NCBI GenBank assembly: GCA_036867785.1
Contig: CP145411.1
Coordinates: 868,001-932,000, forward strand
Direction: 5' to 3'
DNA: 64,000 bases
Source: Plasmodiophora brassicae
Lineage: Eukaryota
In this document: positions 39,525 to 51,312 of the stretch, piece by piece
How the letters are laid out: each line of letters opens with the position of its first letter
Position numbering within the stretch: position 1 is the stretch's first letter
Made by a program: the position numbers and the translations under genes
Notes under the pieces: generated by a model
Told to the model about the DNA's origin: nothing
The model's input: only the letters and a program-made list of their open reading frames with translations
Databases searched by the model: none

Positions 39525-42500
39525 ATGTCGGAAACGGCGTCGATTGCGACGCATGCCGGCCCGGCGGCGACGTCGCTCATTGTCACAATGACGTCCGACT
39601 GGACATCACGCGACGTCCGCCGGCGCGTACGCCTGACCGAATGGGTGAACGCCCAGCTGTCACTGAACATCGATCCGGACAAGCTCATCGGCGAACTCCA
39701 GAACGGCGTCGTAGGGTTGATCCACCCTGGGGGTTGCCGAACGAAACGCTAACGATACGCGCGCCTGGCAGGTGCTGTACCAGCTAGTACGGGCAGTGGA
39801 CCCCAATGCCGACGTTGTCGACATATCGTATTCGGCTCCTCCTGGGTCGATTCGTGCGCGCGAGAACGTCGACGCCCTCCTGGAGTACCTGCGGCGCGAA
39901 ATGGAAACGGTGCGAACGTTCGAGGCGGACGACCTCCTCAATGGGCGCGCGCCTGCCGCCGTACTGGATTGCCTGGAGGACCTGATCGTCATCGGGCACC
40001 AGGAGCGTGGTCTCCTGGCGTACCAGCCGGTGGACGATGCCGCAGCAGCGCGTTACACGCCGAAGGAGCTTGCTCTCGCTAGAGCGTCCATCTCGCAGGC
40101 GCGGGGGCCTTCCGTCTCACACAGTGCCCTGGTGGGCGTCAGCGGGACGCCAGTGGAACCTGTTCCCGTCCTCGGGCGCCTGTTCCCGATCATGGACGAT
40201 AGCGGTGACGATGACGACGCCGGCTCCAGCCGACTCGACGAGTCGGTCACATCGTCGGCGTCGATGACGTCAGCCGCCCCGCCAAGGCAGAGCCTGGCTC
40301 GGAAGACGATCTTGAACCTGCAGGCGACGGCCTCCAGGCTCGTCCGCTCCTCCATAGTGAGCCTTCCCAGGTCACCCGACTACAATGCCAAACGACCCGA
40401 ACGGGGCCTTCTGCACGTGCTGAGGCAGCTCCATCACATGCTGTTAACGCTGGACGCAGGTGGCAAGCTCCTGGAGGCCACCGAGATGGTCATGCAGAAC
40501 AATGGGCGGTTTCGCGACCAGATCGAGGGACTGGATCGGGGCGATCGGCTCCCCATCACGCGTATTGATATTGTTATTCACTTCAAAGGCGAGGTACCGC
40601 ACGAGGACAGCGAACTGGTTTATCACGAGGGCGCTCCAGCGGACCTGAATGCCACCTGCCCCGATCGCCAGCTCTACCTGGCCGTCAGTCGGCAGCCGGA
40701 TGAGGCCCCGATCACAGACGTTGCTCTTCAAGTTGCCGATCTGGATACGCCACCGCCGCCGGGATTCCAGAAGGTACGCGATGAAGCGTCGCGCCGATGA
40801 GCTGTGTGTCTGAGAGCGGCCCCCGCCCGTTCGCAGATCATTCGTTCCGTATCGGGCCTGCCTGCGTCGCTCAACTTCGGTTCCGGCGGCAAGCCCGTCT
40901 ACCTGTGCTACCGGCAAGGTGGCAGCGCGCCGATCACGTCGATCACCCTGGCGCCCGACTGCCCAGCTGGCTACCGGCCGGTCAAACGGACGACCACGGG
41001 CAGCTGGGCGAACCTATCGAGCAACTTCGACGACGACGGCTCCGACGACCGTATCCCGGTCGGCCGACGGTTCCTGCATTACGAGAGCCGCCCCAGGGAC
41101 GTCCTCGCGCGCTTCACACAGGGCGACCAGGAACCTGGCGACCTGGGGGAACTGTCCCCCGACGACGTCCAGGACCTGTACTTCCGGCAGGCAGCGGCCC
41201 TCCTCAGTACGCGGATCGTGATGCGATGAGGGCGCACAGAGCGCTCGGTGAACCTTGCCTGACCCTTATCGCAGGTGCCTGCGTGATGACGCCGAATTCT
41301 GTCCTGACGCACGCGTCGTTGCAGTCGATGCTGAGGATCGGGTGCAGCACCAGCGTCCCGTTGACGCCACTGACGATGACGGGCCCGTCGATCAACATCA
41401 TGCTGCAAACGCTGCTGGACCTGTGCCCGTCGCTCCTGTCGGGGCACGGCGAGGGCCGCCAGCTGCATCGGCTGGCCCTGAAGACGGCGCGACAGTTGTA
41501 CCAGGAGAACGTTCGCAGCATCGACGCCCGCACCGCGATCCATTTCCTGCAGACGACGATGACGTATTCGACGGACGACGTCGAGCTCGGGCTGTGCGAT
41601 TCCGTGATCGACCGGCTCGTGGAGTCGTCGCCGGTTCGCAACGCGTGCACGTGCTCGCCGGTCGCCGACACCGGGCGATGCAAGCAGCGGTGCCAACGGT
41701 GCCAGTCCACAGCGGGACTCGGTCGCAACGTGCGCCGCTGGATCCGAGAGTCCGTTCTTGCCGACATTGTCGAGGTACGCGACGTCGTGTGCGACGGTGA
41801 CGCTCGCCATGCCGGCTCTGACGATGCCCACACAGACGGTGGTCATGGTCAAAGAGGCCGAGAACGACGTCGTGACGTTGCACGAGTTCGACGCGGTGGA
41901 CGAACGGTGCCGCGATCACATCTGCGCCATGCTGTCGCGCCTGCGCGCGTTCCCTCGCAACGAGGAGGCGCAGCTGCTGGCCATCACGATCGCGATCTGC
42001 AAGCAGGTCTCCGAACCTCCTGCGTCGTACACCAGCGAGGACTGTTCGCGACCGGAGGACGGGCGCCTGCTGGACCACCTGCTTCGCATCCTGGACAAGG
42101 CCGACGTGTTCCTGCGCGCCTCGCCCCACTGCATTTTCCTCCTGCGACGCGTTCTCGTCCCGAACCTGATCGAGTGCTGCATCACCGGTTTCTATCGACG
42201 CGGGGAGTTCCAGCGCGTCCTGAAGTGCTTCATCCACATGTACAAGCACTACGCCAGAGAGCTGAACGTCGAGCTGGGCGCATGGATCGACTCCGTCCTC
42301 CTGGAGCTGTTGGACCACCGATCCTGCTCCTCCCTTCAGCGAACGGACATTCTCGAGGCGTTCGAGATCGTCCTGAACAGCGCGCCACAGCTCATGGACC
42401 TCTATGCCAACTACGACGCCGCTGGCGATCAGGTCTTCATCTACGAGCGCTTCATCTCCATCCTTGCGAAACTCGCAGCACCTTCGCAGGGTACCCTAGC

Positions 42501-45039
42501 CCCTGATGCCGGCTTGCTCCAGCAGGCCGCGCTCGACATGATGGTTCGCCTTCTGGAAACGCAGTCGCGTTGGCTGGCAAGCAAGTCTCTTGTGAACGAC
42601 CAATCCCAGCCTTCTCGGATGCGACCAAACCCGCCTGCATCGGTCTCGCCGAGTGCGTCCCCGCCTCTGTCGCCGTCGAGTCCCACGAAATCCAGCGTAC
42701 GACCGAACGTCTGCTCTGTTGGTTGGCCACAGACTAACGCCAACGTTCTTGCAGGCGGACACTCCTAAATCGCTGAAGGCCCTGCATGATTCCGTGTCCA
42801 TGAAACGTGACCTATCGCCCAGGAAATCGATTCGCAAGACGACGCTGACGATACCGTCGCCTAGCGAGAGCAGGAGACGGTCGTCGTGGCGCGAACGCGT
42901 CGAGAAGGGCAACGCCGATGTAGGTGCCGCCTACAAGAAGGCCTTGACGATTGCGTCGACAAAGTCGCTGAAGGACGCCGTCCGGTTCCTGGTCCTATCT
43001 GAGAACGCGCGCCGCCAACAAGGCAAGCGGCCCGGTAAAGGGATTCACTGGCGACCGATCGCCGTGTTCCTCTACAAGAGCTCGTCGCTGTCGCAGGCCG
43101 ACGTCGGGCTGCTGCTGTCGTCGGACGGCGACGAAGTGTTCGAACGGGACGACATGCGCGATCTTCGGCGCGCCTACATGGACATGCTGGACTTCACGTC
43201 GCGATCGTTCACAGCGTCACTTCGCACGTTCCTCAGCGATTCCGGGTTCTGGATCCCGGACGACGTTGCCGCGCGCGATAGGCTGGTCGAAGCGTTCGCT
43301 GAAGCGTTCTGTCGTGACAACCGGGGCGCGTTCGGCACCGTGCAGTCTGCCATCCTGTTCGCCAACAAAGCGATCGAGCTGAGCCAGAACACGCACGATA
43401 GGGGCGAGGCATTGCCTGACCGGGCCGCCTGGATCGCCGCTCGTATCAGCGACGGCGTTCCCGAATCGCAGGTGGCCGACCTGTTCGACCAGATCGCATC
43501 GGAGCCGCTGAACGTTCGAGCGGATCGTCTGTCCGCTCGCAAGTTCGAGGTACCTCGGCCTGGCATCGTTGTACACCCAATTCTCATATTCGCGGGCAGG
43601 CCTCCCAGGTGGCGAACGCTTTGCTGATGCACTCAGAAACCGCCGTACACAACGCTCTAGCCGTTATCAGGAACGAGGCACGTCATCACGATATGGCATA
43701 CAATGCAGGGCACTAATGGGTGCTCTTCAGGCGTACTTCCGACGACGCTTCACGCAAAGCGATACCCCATCGATCATGCTGGCGATGTTCAAGGCGACCT
43801 GGGTCCAATTCCTGGGGTGCTTCGCTGCCCATGTAGAGGGGAACATTCGGAACAAATCGTCGCAGTCGTTCTCTGTCGCGACGGGCCTCATGCATGGCGT
43901 GATTCTTTCGACACTGTCCGTAACGCGACATCCGTGCCATCGCGCCCGTGCCCTGACGAACCTGAACGCAGGTTGTCGCTGCCTGAGGAGACGCAATCGT
44001 TCCTGTCGATACTGGCTCGGGTGTCGTACATTTACACGACGAAAGACAGCGCTGATAAGCAGAAGCTCGTGTTGCTGTCAGGAGATTACATGTCGCAGGA
44101 ATGGGTCGTCAAGCACGCGGCTTCATGTAAAACGTCTGTCAAGGCGGCATGCGAGCAGCTCGTGGACGTTATCCAGACAATCAAGGCCAACATGACCCAG
44201 TCGAGCATGATGGAAGCACTGAACCAAGTCCAGCTGACGCTTTCCGCCCCAATAGTATGTTATCTGCTCTGTGGTCGCTGAACTTGGGGGACACGCTGAC
44301 ACCTGTCAAATAGGCGTTGCATCAGAGCGGCAGGCAACTGGTGATGACGGGTGAATTCTTACGTCTATGCCAGGGCGGCCGTGCTGCGTTGCTTCACAGG
44401 GTGCACCTCTTCAACGATGTCATCCTGTACGGCAGCATTGAGAAATCGTCGACGATTATCAAGAAGCCGCGCGTCATCCACCTGATCCTTTGCCGCGCCG
44501 AGCCTGTTGAAGTTACGAGCGGGATGCTGTCGCGCCTGCGCTCGTCCAACGCGTCTGCGCTGCAACTTGCATTGCAAATCACGAACGTCAAGAAGACGCT
44601 GATCCTGTTCTGCAAGTCTGAGCAAGAGCGGTCCCATTGGGCCAAGACCATTACCGAACTGGCGCCAGTGGCCGTCCACAAGCACACTGCTCGGCAAGAA
44701 GGTCAGGCTCGTGCGGGCGTCAGACGATGTCGCCTCTAACATATCTCTGGCGTAGCGGTAAAGGCGAAGACGGGGCGAACCCACTCATCCGCCCTTCCTG
44801 ACACGTGCGCGCTGTGCCTCAAGTACTTCAACGTGTTCAACCGCAAGCATGTCTGCGTCATGTGCGACCAGGCCGTGGACTCGGCGTGCCAGTCGCGACG
44901 CGTCGTGCTGCCCAAGTTGAACAAGGACGGCAAGCTCATCGAGATGTCGTCTGTGAAGGTTTGCGACGCCTGCTACACAGCGGGGCGCAAAGTGTCCATT
45001 TCGCAGTGCGACCCAACAGAGGAATCACAAGATGACTGA
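39525..45039 (+). CDS. Large trafficking protein: CH - MABP - DCB/HUS - degenerate Sec7 - PH - FYVE-like, multi-exon
   Basis: CH (LTEWVN...LQNGV/VLYQLV...ENVDALL); MABP (PITDV...PPPGFQ...LNFGSGGKPVYLCY); HUS (LYANYD); Sec7 (SLRTFLS..FWIPDD..RDRLVEAFA); PH (HLFNDVILY...SEQERSHW); FYVE (CALC..F..FNRKHVC...VKVCDACY). Exon joins inferred. Confidence 0.7.
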
Positions 45040-45106
45040 ACCTATGTACGTTTTACGCTAACTAAACCAACGACAATGACGTTTCCAGGCCTGCCCTTGT
45101 ACCAAT

Positions 45107-46278
45107 CTACTTGTGGACCCGGTCCATATGCTTCCTCAGGACGCCGCTCCGGCTGAAGCGTCGAAAACAGGTGGTGCACTCGAACGGGCGCACACCCGTG
45201 TGGACCCTCTCGTGCGTCCTGAGATCGCCTTGTCGACTAAAGGTCTTGTCGCATGCGGCGCATCGGTACGGCCGCAGTCCAGTGCTGTATGTGACAGCGT
45301 TAGCAGATGGCGATCTCAGGCGACCAGGGCGCGTCGCGACTCACTGCACGTGCATGTGGATCTTTAACGATGAACCCTGCGTAAACGACTTCTGGCACGT
45401 TGAGCATTTGTACGGCCGCTCGCCGGTGTGGATGCGCATGTGAGTCTTCAGGTGGTCGCCTTTGGCAAACGCTTTCTTGCACACCGTGCACTCGAACTGT
45501 GTGCCGGCAGCAACCGCAGAGAATTAGCGAACCTGGATCGCCCGATGTCCCGGTGCGCGTTTCTGTTACCGGACGCACTCCTGTATGGATCCGCTCGTGG
45601 GTGGACAGGTGCCCGCTCCGTGTGAACGTCTTCTGACAGACGGGGCATGTGAAACGCCGTTCTCCCGTATGGATTACCTGTAGGGAAGCCACCTTTACGA
45701 CCAACGCGCAGACATCGCAATCATGGTCGGCGTACCAGGTGATTCTTCAAGTCGCCACTGCGCAGGAAGGCCTTGCCGCAGTGCGAGCACTTGAACCTCT
45801 TCTCACCGCCATGCACCCTGAAATGTGATACTGTTGCCATCGTTATAGGTCATCGGGTGCACCAACACTGACGCATCGGCTAACCCATATCGCCCCGTCT
45901 TGTGAACGTTTTGGTGCAGACCGGGCATTCGTGAGCAGGCCGCCCAGGGTTCTCTAGGACAGGATTAGAGCCGGCGTCCTTCAGCGAGGCCTGCTTCGAC
46001 GTGTAGTTGATCCGTTCGGCCACTCGGGTACGATCAGTAAGTTCGGCCTGCTCCCCGGCTTCCTGGTAATGCCGCGGAACCTCACGTGGTAGCTGAACAT
46101 GGGCCGGCGCCTGCGTATGACAGTGCGGGATAGCAAGCGTTATCGGAGTCGGCACCAGAATCGGCGGGGCACGCGCCATCATCTTGACCCGGGTAACGAT
46201 CGGCACAACGGGCAGGTGGCAGACAGCACGGTCCCGCCCATTCATGGACTGGATGCCCTCGAGAGCGCAGGACGACAT
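45107..46278 (-). CDS. Kruppel-type multi-C2H2 zinc-finger transcription factor, multi-exon
   Basis: Repeated CxxCxKxF...HxRxH fingers with HTGERR/HTGERP/HTGVRP linkers; stop TAG at 45107-45109; start uncertain. Confidence 0.85.
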
Positions 46279-46571
46279 GCGTTTCGTAGGTAACTCCGAG
46301 TCTAAGTCTGCTGGCGCGGTCCCGGCTGATTCCGATGAGGGCCCCCGTCGCCCCGTCAACACAGCGTGATGACGGACCCTCCTACGTGCCGCGTCGACTG
46401 GGGTACGTCGCCATGTCGTCGACGGTTTTTTTTGGCGGAGCCCCCCGCACAGGCGTTGCCGCGTGGGCGACGTCGTGGCGCCCAGGGTCTGCCGAAGGCC
46501 GACGACCCCCTGCACCGTCCCGCAATAACTGACGAAGTTCTGCCAAATAAACAGTAATGACCACACGAGGT

Positions 46572-47949
46572 TCACTGCGGGCAATTAGCAGGGCCGACAG
46601 CAGGATAGGCGGACGAACTGGCCAGCCGGGCGCTCTGGATCATCGCGGCGTCGGCCAGGACAAGCGCGGTCATGGCCTCGACAATGGGGACGGCACGAGG
46701 GACGACGCAGGGGTCGTGACGGCCCTTGGCTTCGAGGACAACGTCGTTGCCGCTGAAGGTGGCTGTGCGTTGGGCCTTGCCTATAGTAGCCGGCGGCTTG
46801 AAGGCGACGCGGAACACGATCGGTTGACCGTTCGAAATGCCGCCTTGAACGCCCCCGCTACGATTCGTCCCGGTCGCCAAGGTGGAAGAGCCACCTGGAG
46901 CCGGCGCCGCAGTGAACATGTCATTGTGCTGGGAACCTCTCATGCGCGTCCCCGCGAACCCGGACCCGATCTCGAAACCCTTAGTTGCAGGAATGGACAG
47001 CATAGCGTGCGCTAGGCTGGCTTCCTGTTCATTTGATCAGCAACCGCCCACATGGAGGAAACATGCCGTACCAGACGGTCGAAGCAGGGTTCTCCCCACC
47101 CACATGGCACGTTGTTCACAACGCATGTGATGACGCCCCCAATCGAATCGTTGTCGGCCTTGACGGACGCAACCAGCGAGACCATACGAGACGATATCTC
47201 ATCATTCGGGCACCGTACCGGTGACATGTCAACGAGTTCGCGCGTGAGCGTTTTCGCGTTCGCCTCGACTGCCTGAAAAGCGGTCAGCGATGGTCGACGG
47301 CATATGGAGCTTCCAGAAGCAACCGACATCGCCGCCCAGGCTAATGTCCCCGACCGATGAGACAAAGGCGACAATTTCGACCCCGAATGCTTCACGAAGC
47401 CATTTCTCGGCGATGGCACCGGCGGCGACCCTGCCGATTGTCTCGCGGGCGCTCGATCGACCCCCGCCGCTTGACGCCCGGATCCCATACTTCATCTACA
47501 TTCACGAACGGCAATGCCCAATGTCGTTATTATCAATCGTTTCGCCTCCGCATGTACCTACCTGGTAGGTGAAATCGGCATGCGACGGCCGCGGGATGTC
47601 AGCCATTTCGGAGTAATCCCCAGGACGCTGGTCCAAATTCTCGACGAACAGCGCTACGGGCGTTCCCAGCGTCCACCCATGCTCGACACCCGACAGTATC
47701 TTCACCGCATCCTTCTCATCCCTGCGTCGGCTCCATCAACCTGTATCCTACCAGCAACCTCCGAGCGCGTCGTCGTCACCTCGCCGTCGTCATCGCCGAC
47801 TGCCCCGGGCGCCGCCGAGACAGCTGCCCCTGGATATCGCCCTCACACAAGCGCATGCGCGGCGGCACCCCATCGACGATGCACCCCACGCCCCGACAGT
47901 GCGACTCGCCGAACGTCGTCACGCGGAACACGGCACCGAACGTGCTCAT
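46572..47949 (-). CDS. aroC: Chorismate synthase, multi-exon
   Basis: [68 protein letters not shown]. Confidence 0.95.
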
Positions 47950-48079
47950 CGTCGCCGCCCACGCAGTTGCCCGAGACGGCACTCCAGTCCAGGCCCGAGT
48001 CCAGCTGTGCCAGCGGGATCATCACCGCCGCGTGCCGACCCGTGCAGATCGATGACAGCCCCCCCGTTGTTCGTATTTC

Positions 48080-48970
48080 CTATTCTATTCTGTGCTGCAA
48101 GCGGTAGCGTGGCCAGTGCCGTTCCAGGTGGCCAATGCGGGACTGCAGGGCGGCGATCTCGGCGCATCGGGACTGTCGCTCGTCGACGATGTGCTGTTCG
48201 AGCTGGCGGGACTGGGCGGCGGCCTGTCGCAGGCCGTCGGCGACCTGCGCGAACTTCCGGTGCCATCTGGCGGCGTCGTCCAGGGCGGCGTCCCGGTCGG
48301 CGCAGAGTTCGCGGGCGCGCGTGCGCTCCGATTGTAGCTGCTGCTGCAGGGAGTCGCGTTCCACGATCAGCCTGGCGTTCGCGTCGAGCAGCCCGCCGAG
48401 TATTTGTTCCATTTCGTCGCGGATCGCGGCCAGAGCGAGATCCTGCCCTCGAAGGGTCTCCCGGGCCCGGCCTAAACGCTCGCCTGTACGCATCTCGGCG
48501 TCGAGCGCCAGCTCCAGGTCCTGTTCCAGCTTGCTCTGCTTGCGCTCGGCACCGGTACAGTGCCCCACCGCTTCTGACATCCCCGCAAGGTCCGTTTCTG
48601 GATTGCCGATGGCAGTGGAGAGGGCCACTGGAGTGGAATCACGCCCGCCTAGCTCGTCATCGGCCTGCTGAGAGCTGACGGATATGTGATCGGGAGCACT
48701 TGGCCTCGTGTCATGCACTGGTCGATGTGTTGATGCGACTCGTGTCGGGACGATGCCATTGTCCACATGACATTCGACGATTCGGCCCCGAAAGACGGTC
48801 CGCCTATCGTTCAAGCATTTGTCGCAACGGCCGCCTTCGACGAGGGACAGGTCGCGCGCGAGGACGAACCCGGCGGCGATGCTGGCCCGGGCGGCGGCTT
48901 CCGGCACGAACTTCCTCTCCAGGGTCTCCCGAACATAGCAAGCTATGCATCGGGAAGACATCATACTCAC
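48080..48970 (-). CDS. Coiled-coil protein of unknown function
   Basis: 296-aa ORF whose C-terminal half is heptad-rich (E/R/Q/L). Confidence 0.55.
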   Translation of the reverse strand: MSMMSSRCIACYVRETLERKFVPEAAARASIAAGFVLARDLSLVEGGRCDKCLNDRRTVFRGRIVECHVDNGIVPTRVASTHRPVHDTRPSAPDHISVSSQQADDELGGRDSTPVALSTAIGNPETDLAGMSEAVGHCTGAERKQSKLEQDLELALDAEMRTGERLGRARETLRGQDLALAAIRDEMEQILGGLLDANARLIVERDSLQQQLQSERTRARELCADRDAALDDAARWHRKFAQVADGLRQAAAQSRQLEQHIVDERQSRCAEIAALQSRIGHLERHWPRYRLQHRIE

Positions 48971-49038
48971 TACACAGTAGCGTACCCGAAGGCGATCGCA
49001 CGAACAACATGGTTCGGAATCGGTTCTACTGCATTTAT

Positions 49039-49454
49039 TTACTCTTCAGTCGCGTCGTCAGCGGATGCAGGTGGTTCAGCCGATGACGATACCGGTGGTG
49101 GCGACGGGTGCGGTTTGCTCGGCGGAGACGGTGAGCGAGCCGGCGGCAACGATTGCGGAGGCTGGGGCGCCTGCTGCACGGAAGCAGGCGCGGCTGCTGG
49201 TTTGACAGCAGCGCTGGCGGCTGAACTTGGCGCTGAATGTAACGGAGCCTGGCGTACTGGAGCACCCGTTGCGTCCATCTGTCTGGCTGCTTGAACGTGT
49301 GTAGAGTGATCCCGCAAAGTCTGGGAGAATCGAGCCTGGGCCAGTGCCACGTGCTGGGCGTACGCGTTCTGAACTGTGAGCAGCTGTTCAGGGCGAAGCT
49401 GGTCAGCCTGGGGTTGCGTTCCCGCAAGCTGTGGGACGGCACCGCCACCGCCTG

Positions 49455-49486
<32 letters not shown>

Positions 49487-50649
49487 ATGTGGTGCTGCAT
49501 CATTTGCTGTTGTTGATGCTGAGCGGCGTAGGCAAGGTATTGGTTGGTGAGTTGCTGGTTCGGTTGCGCGGGAATCGCTCCGGCAGCGTAGTAGGGTGAC
49601 GCGTAGGCATGCATGTACTGCTGTGGCTGCTGCATCATCGACATTTGGAAGGCCTATGCAACGTCAGCATCAGCATTGGAGGCTCGTAACGACAAACGGG
49701 ACCTTACCTGTTGCTGTTGGGCGAATTGCGTTGGAGCGCCATACGGACCCTGTCCATATCCCATGATGTACTGGGCCCCAGGTGGAATGCCCTGATCAGC
49801 AGCGATTTGCTGCTGCTGAGTCCGTTTCAGCCACTCGCTCTTCTCCTTGAGACGCCGGGCTTCAAGCGTCGGGTCCATAATAACTTGAGTGGCGCGTGCT
49901 CCCTGTTGCTTCATCAGCGCGGCTCGTTGCTGGTAATATATGTAATATGCAATCGCAACATGACGACTGCATCTGTTATGAGCTGGCATCACAGACGCAT
50001 AGGCACGTGACCCTGTGGCCCCGGTCGCAGCAGTAACGCTGGGCTGAGCAGCGCCCGCCTTTCGAGCCTGTCCATTTGAAGTAACATCAGAACGTTGTCA
50101 TCTGAACCAACGGTAACAAAGTACCATTACCTGTTGCTGTTGGTGCTGCTGTGGAGGCGGTAATTGCTGCTGCTGGGCTTGTTGTTGTTGCTGCTGCTGG
50201 AATTGTTGCTGGGCTTGCTGCTGTCTCCACTGTTGTGCCTGCTGCTCAGTGTAGGCGGCGGCCTGCCCAACAGCGACCGATTTCGCTGCTGCACTCGCTG
50301 TACTCTTTGGTTTCTTCTTGTCGACAGATCCAGTGCTGCCCTGTTCAGCGATTCGAGGACGCTTTTTTGTTGCGTCGGCCACCGCCGGTGCAGACGCAAA
50401 CTCAGCAAGCGCCATCAAGGCCTCGATATCTTCGCTTTCAACACCCCGCTGCTGCCCACCGGACGGCGCGTTCGATGTCGCCGGTGCCGCGTTCGAACGC
50501 ACGGCGGGAGTCACCGTGTCGGCGCCCACCAACTCGTATTCGTCATCGCTGCTGGTTTCAGATCCGGGCCCGTTACTAACCGGGACCGGATTGGCGGCCG
50601 GCGGAGCCGGGCTGGTTGCCGTGGCCGCTGCTGTCGCTGTACTGGCCAT
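49039..50649 (-). CDS. Gln/Ala/Pro-rich low-complexity protein with basic NLS-like motifs, multi-exon
   Basis: Exon ORFs 50098-50700, 49654-49992 and 49039-49644 contain polyQ, KKRPR and KKKPK. Confidence 0.6.
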
Positions 50650-50908
50650 CGCGTTGCCTGCTGGCAATGGCAGTCCCGATGGCGATGCGCGGTTAGCCAC
50701 GATTTAACACCTCACGGGCGCCACGGAGACCGGACGACCCGCGACAATGGATTGACGCCGTCTCGCAGAAAATCATCGCGCCGAGTCCGTGGGACACGGC
50801 ATTGGTGCCAAACTGCGCGCATCTGCCAGAACTATTTTGCCCGGTCGGACGGATTGGGGTCATAAACTCATATACCATGACCCCTTGGTCTGCGCACATC
50901 ATGTCGCA

Positions 50909-51233
50909 CTACAGGCCAAACATCCGATACTGCTTCTCGACGAACACGTCCGGGTACCGTTTTAACGCCTGTTTGCGAATCTCCTCTGGCAATAAGCTCT
51001 GTTTTGTCGAATCTGACGGAGGTTCCAATGTCGACGTGGTTGCGAGTTTGCCGGTTGATATGCGGGCAGACGGGTCTGCCGTGACCACTACTGTATCGGA
51101 AGCAACTAAGGAAAATGGTTAAACAGACCCACACGGGGACCGGATGACGGGGCGCACCCACATCAGCAGCGTTCGCCCTCAAACCGCAGAGGCGCCTGCT
51201 CTGCACCCACTCGCGATTTCGGCCGTTGACCAT
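50909..51233 (-). CDS. Possible small two-exon protein (~90 aa)
   Basis: Splicing gtgcgc...ccttag joins MVNGRNRE... to ...SLLPEEIRKQALKRYPDVFVEKQYRMFGL* in frame; no homology recognised. Confidence 0.3.
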
Positions 51234-51312
51234 ACAATATTTTGGTGAGACTCCGCTCTGATTCCGTGGCGGACTCCGCCACGGACTTGCGGGAGACGCG
51301 TTGACGCTGCAG

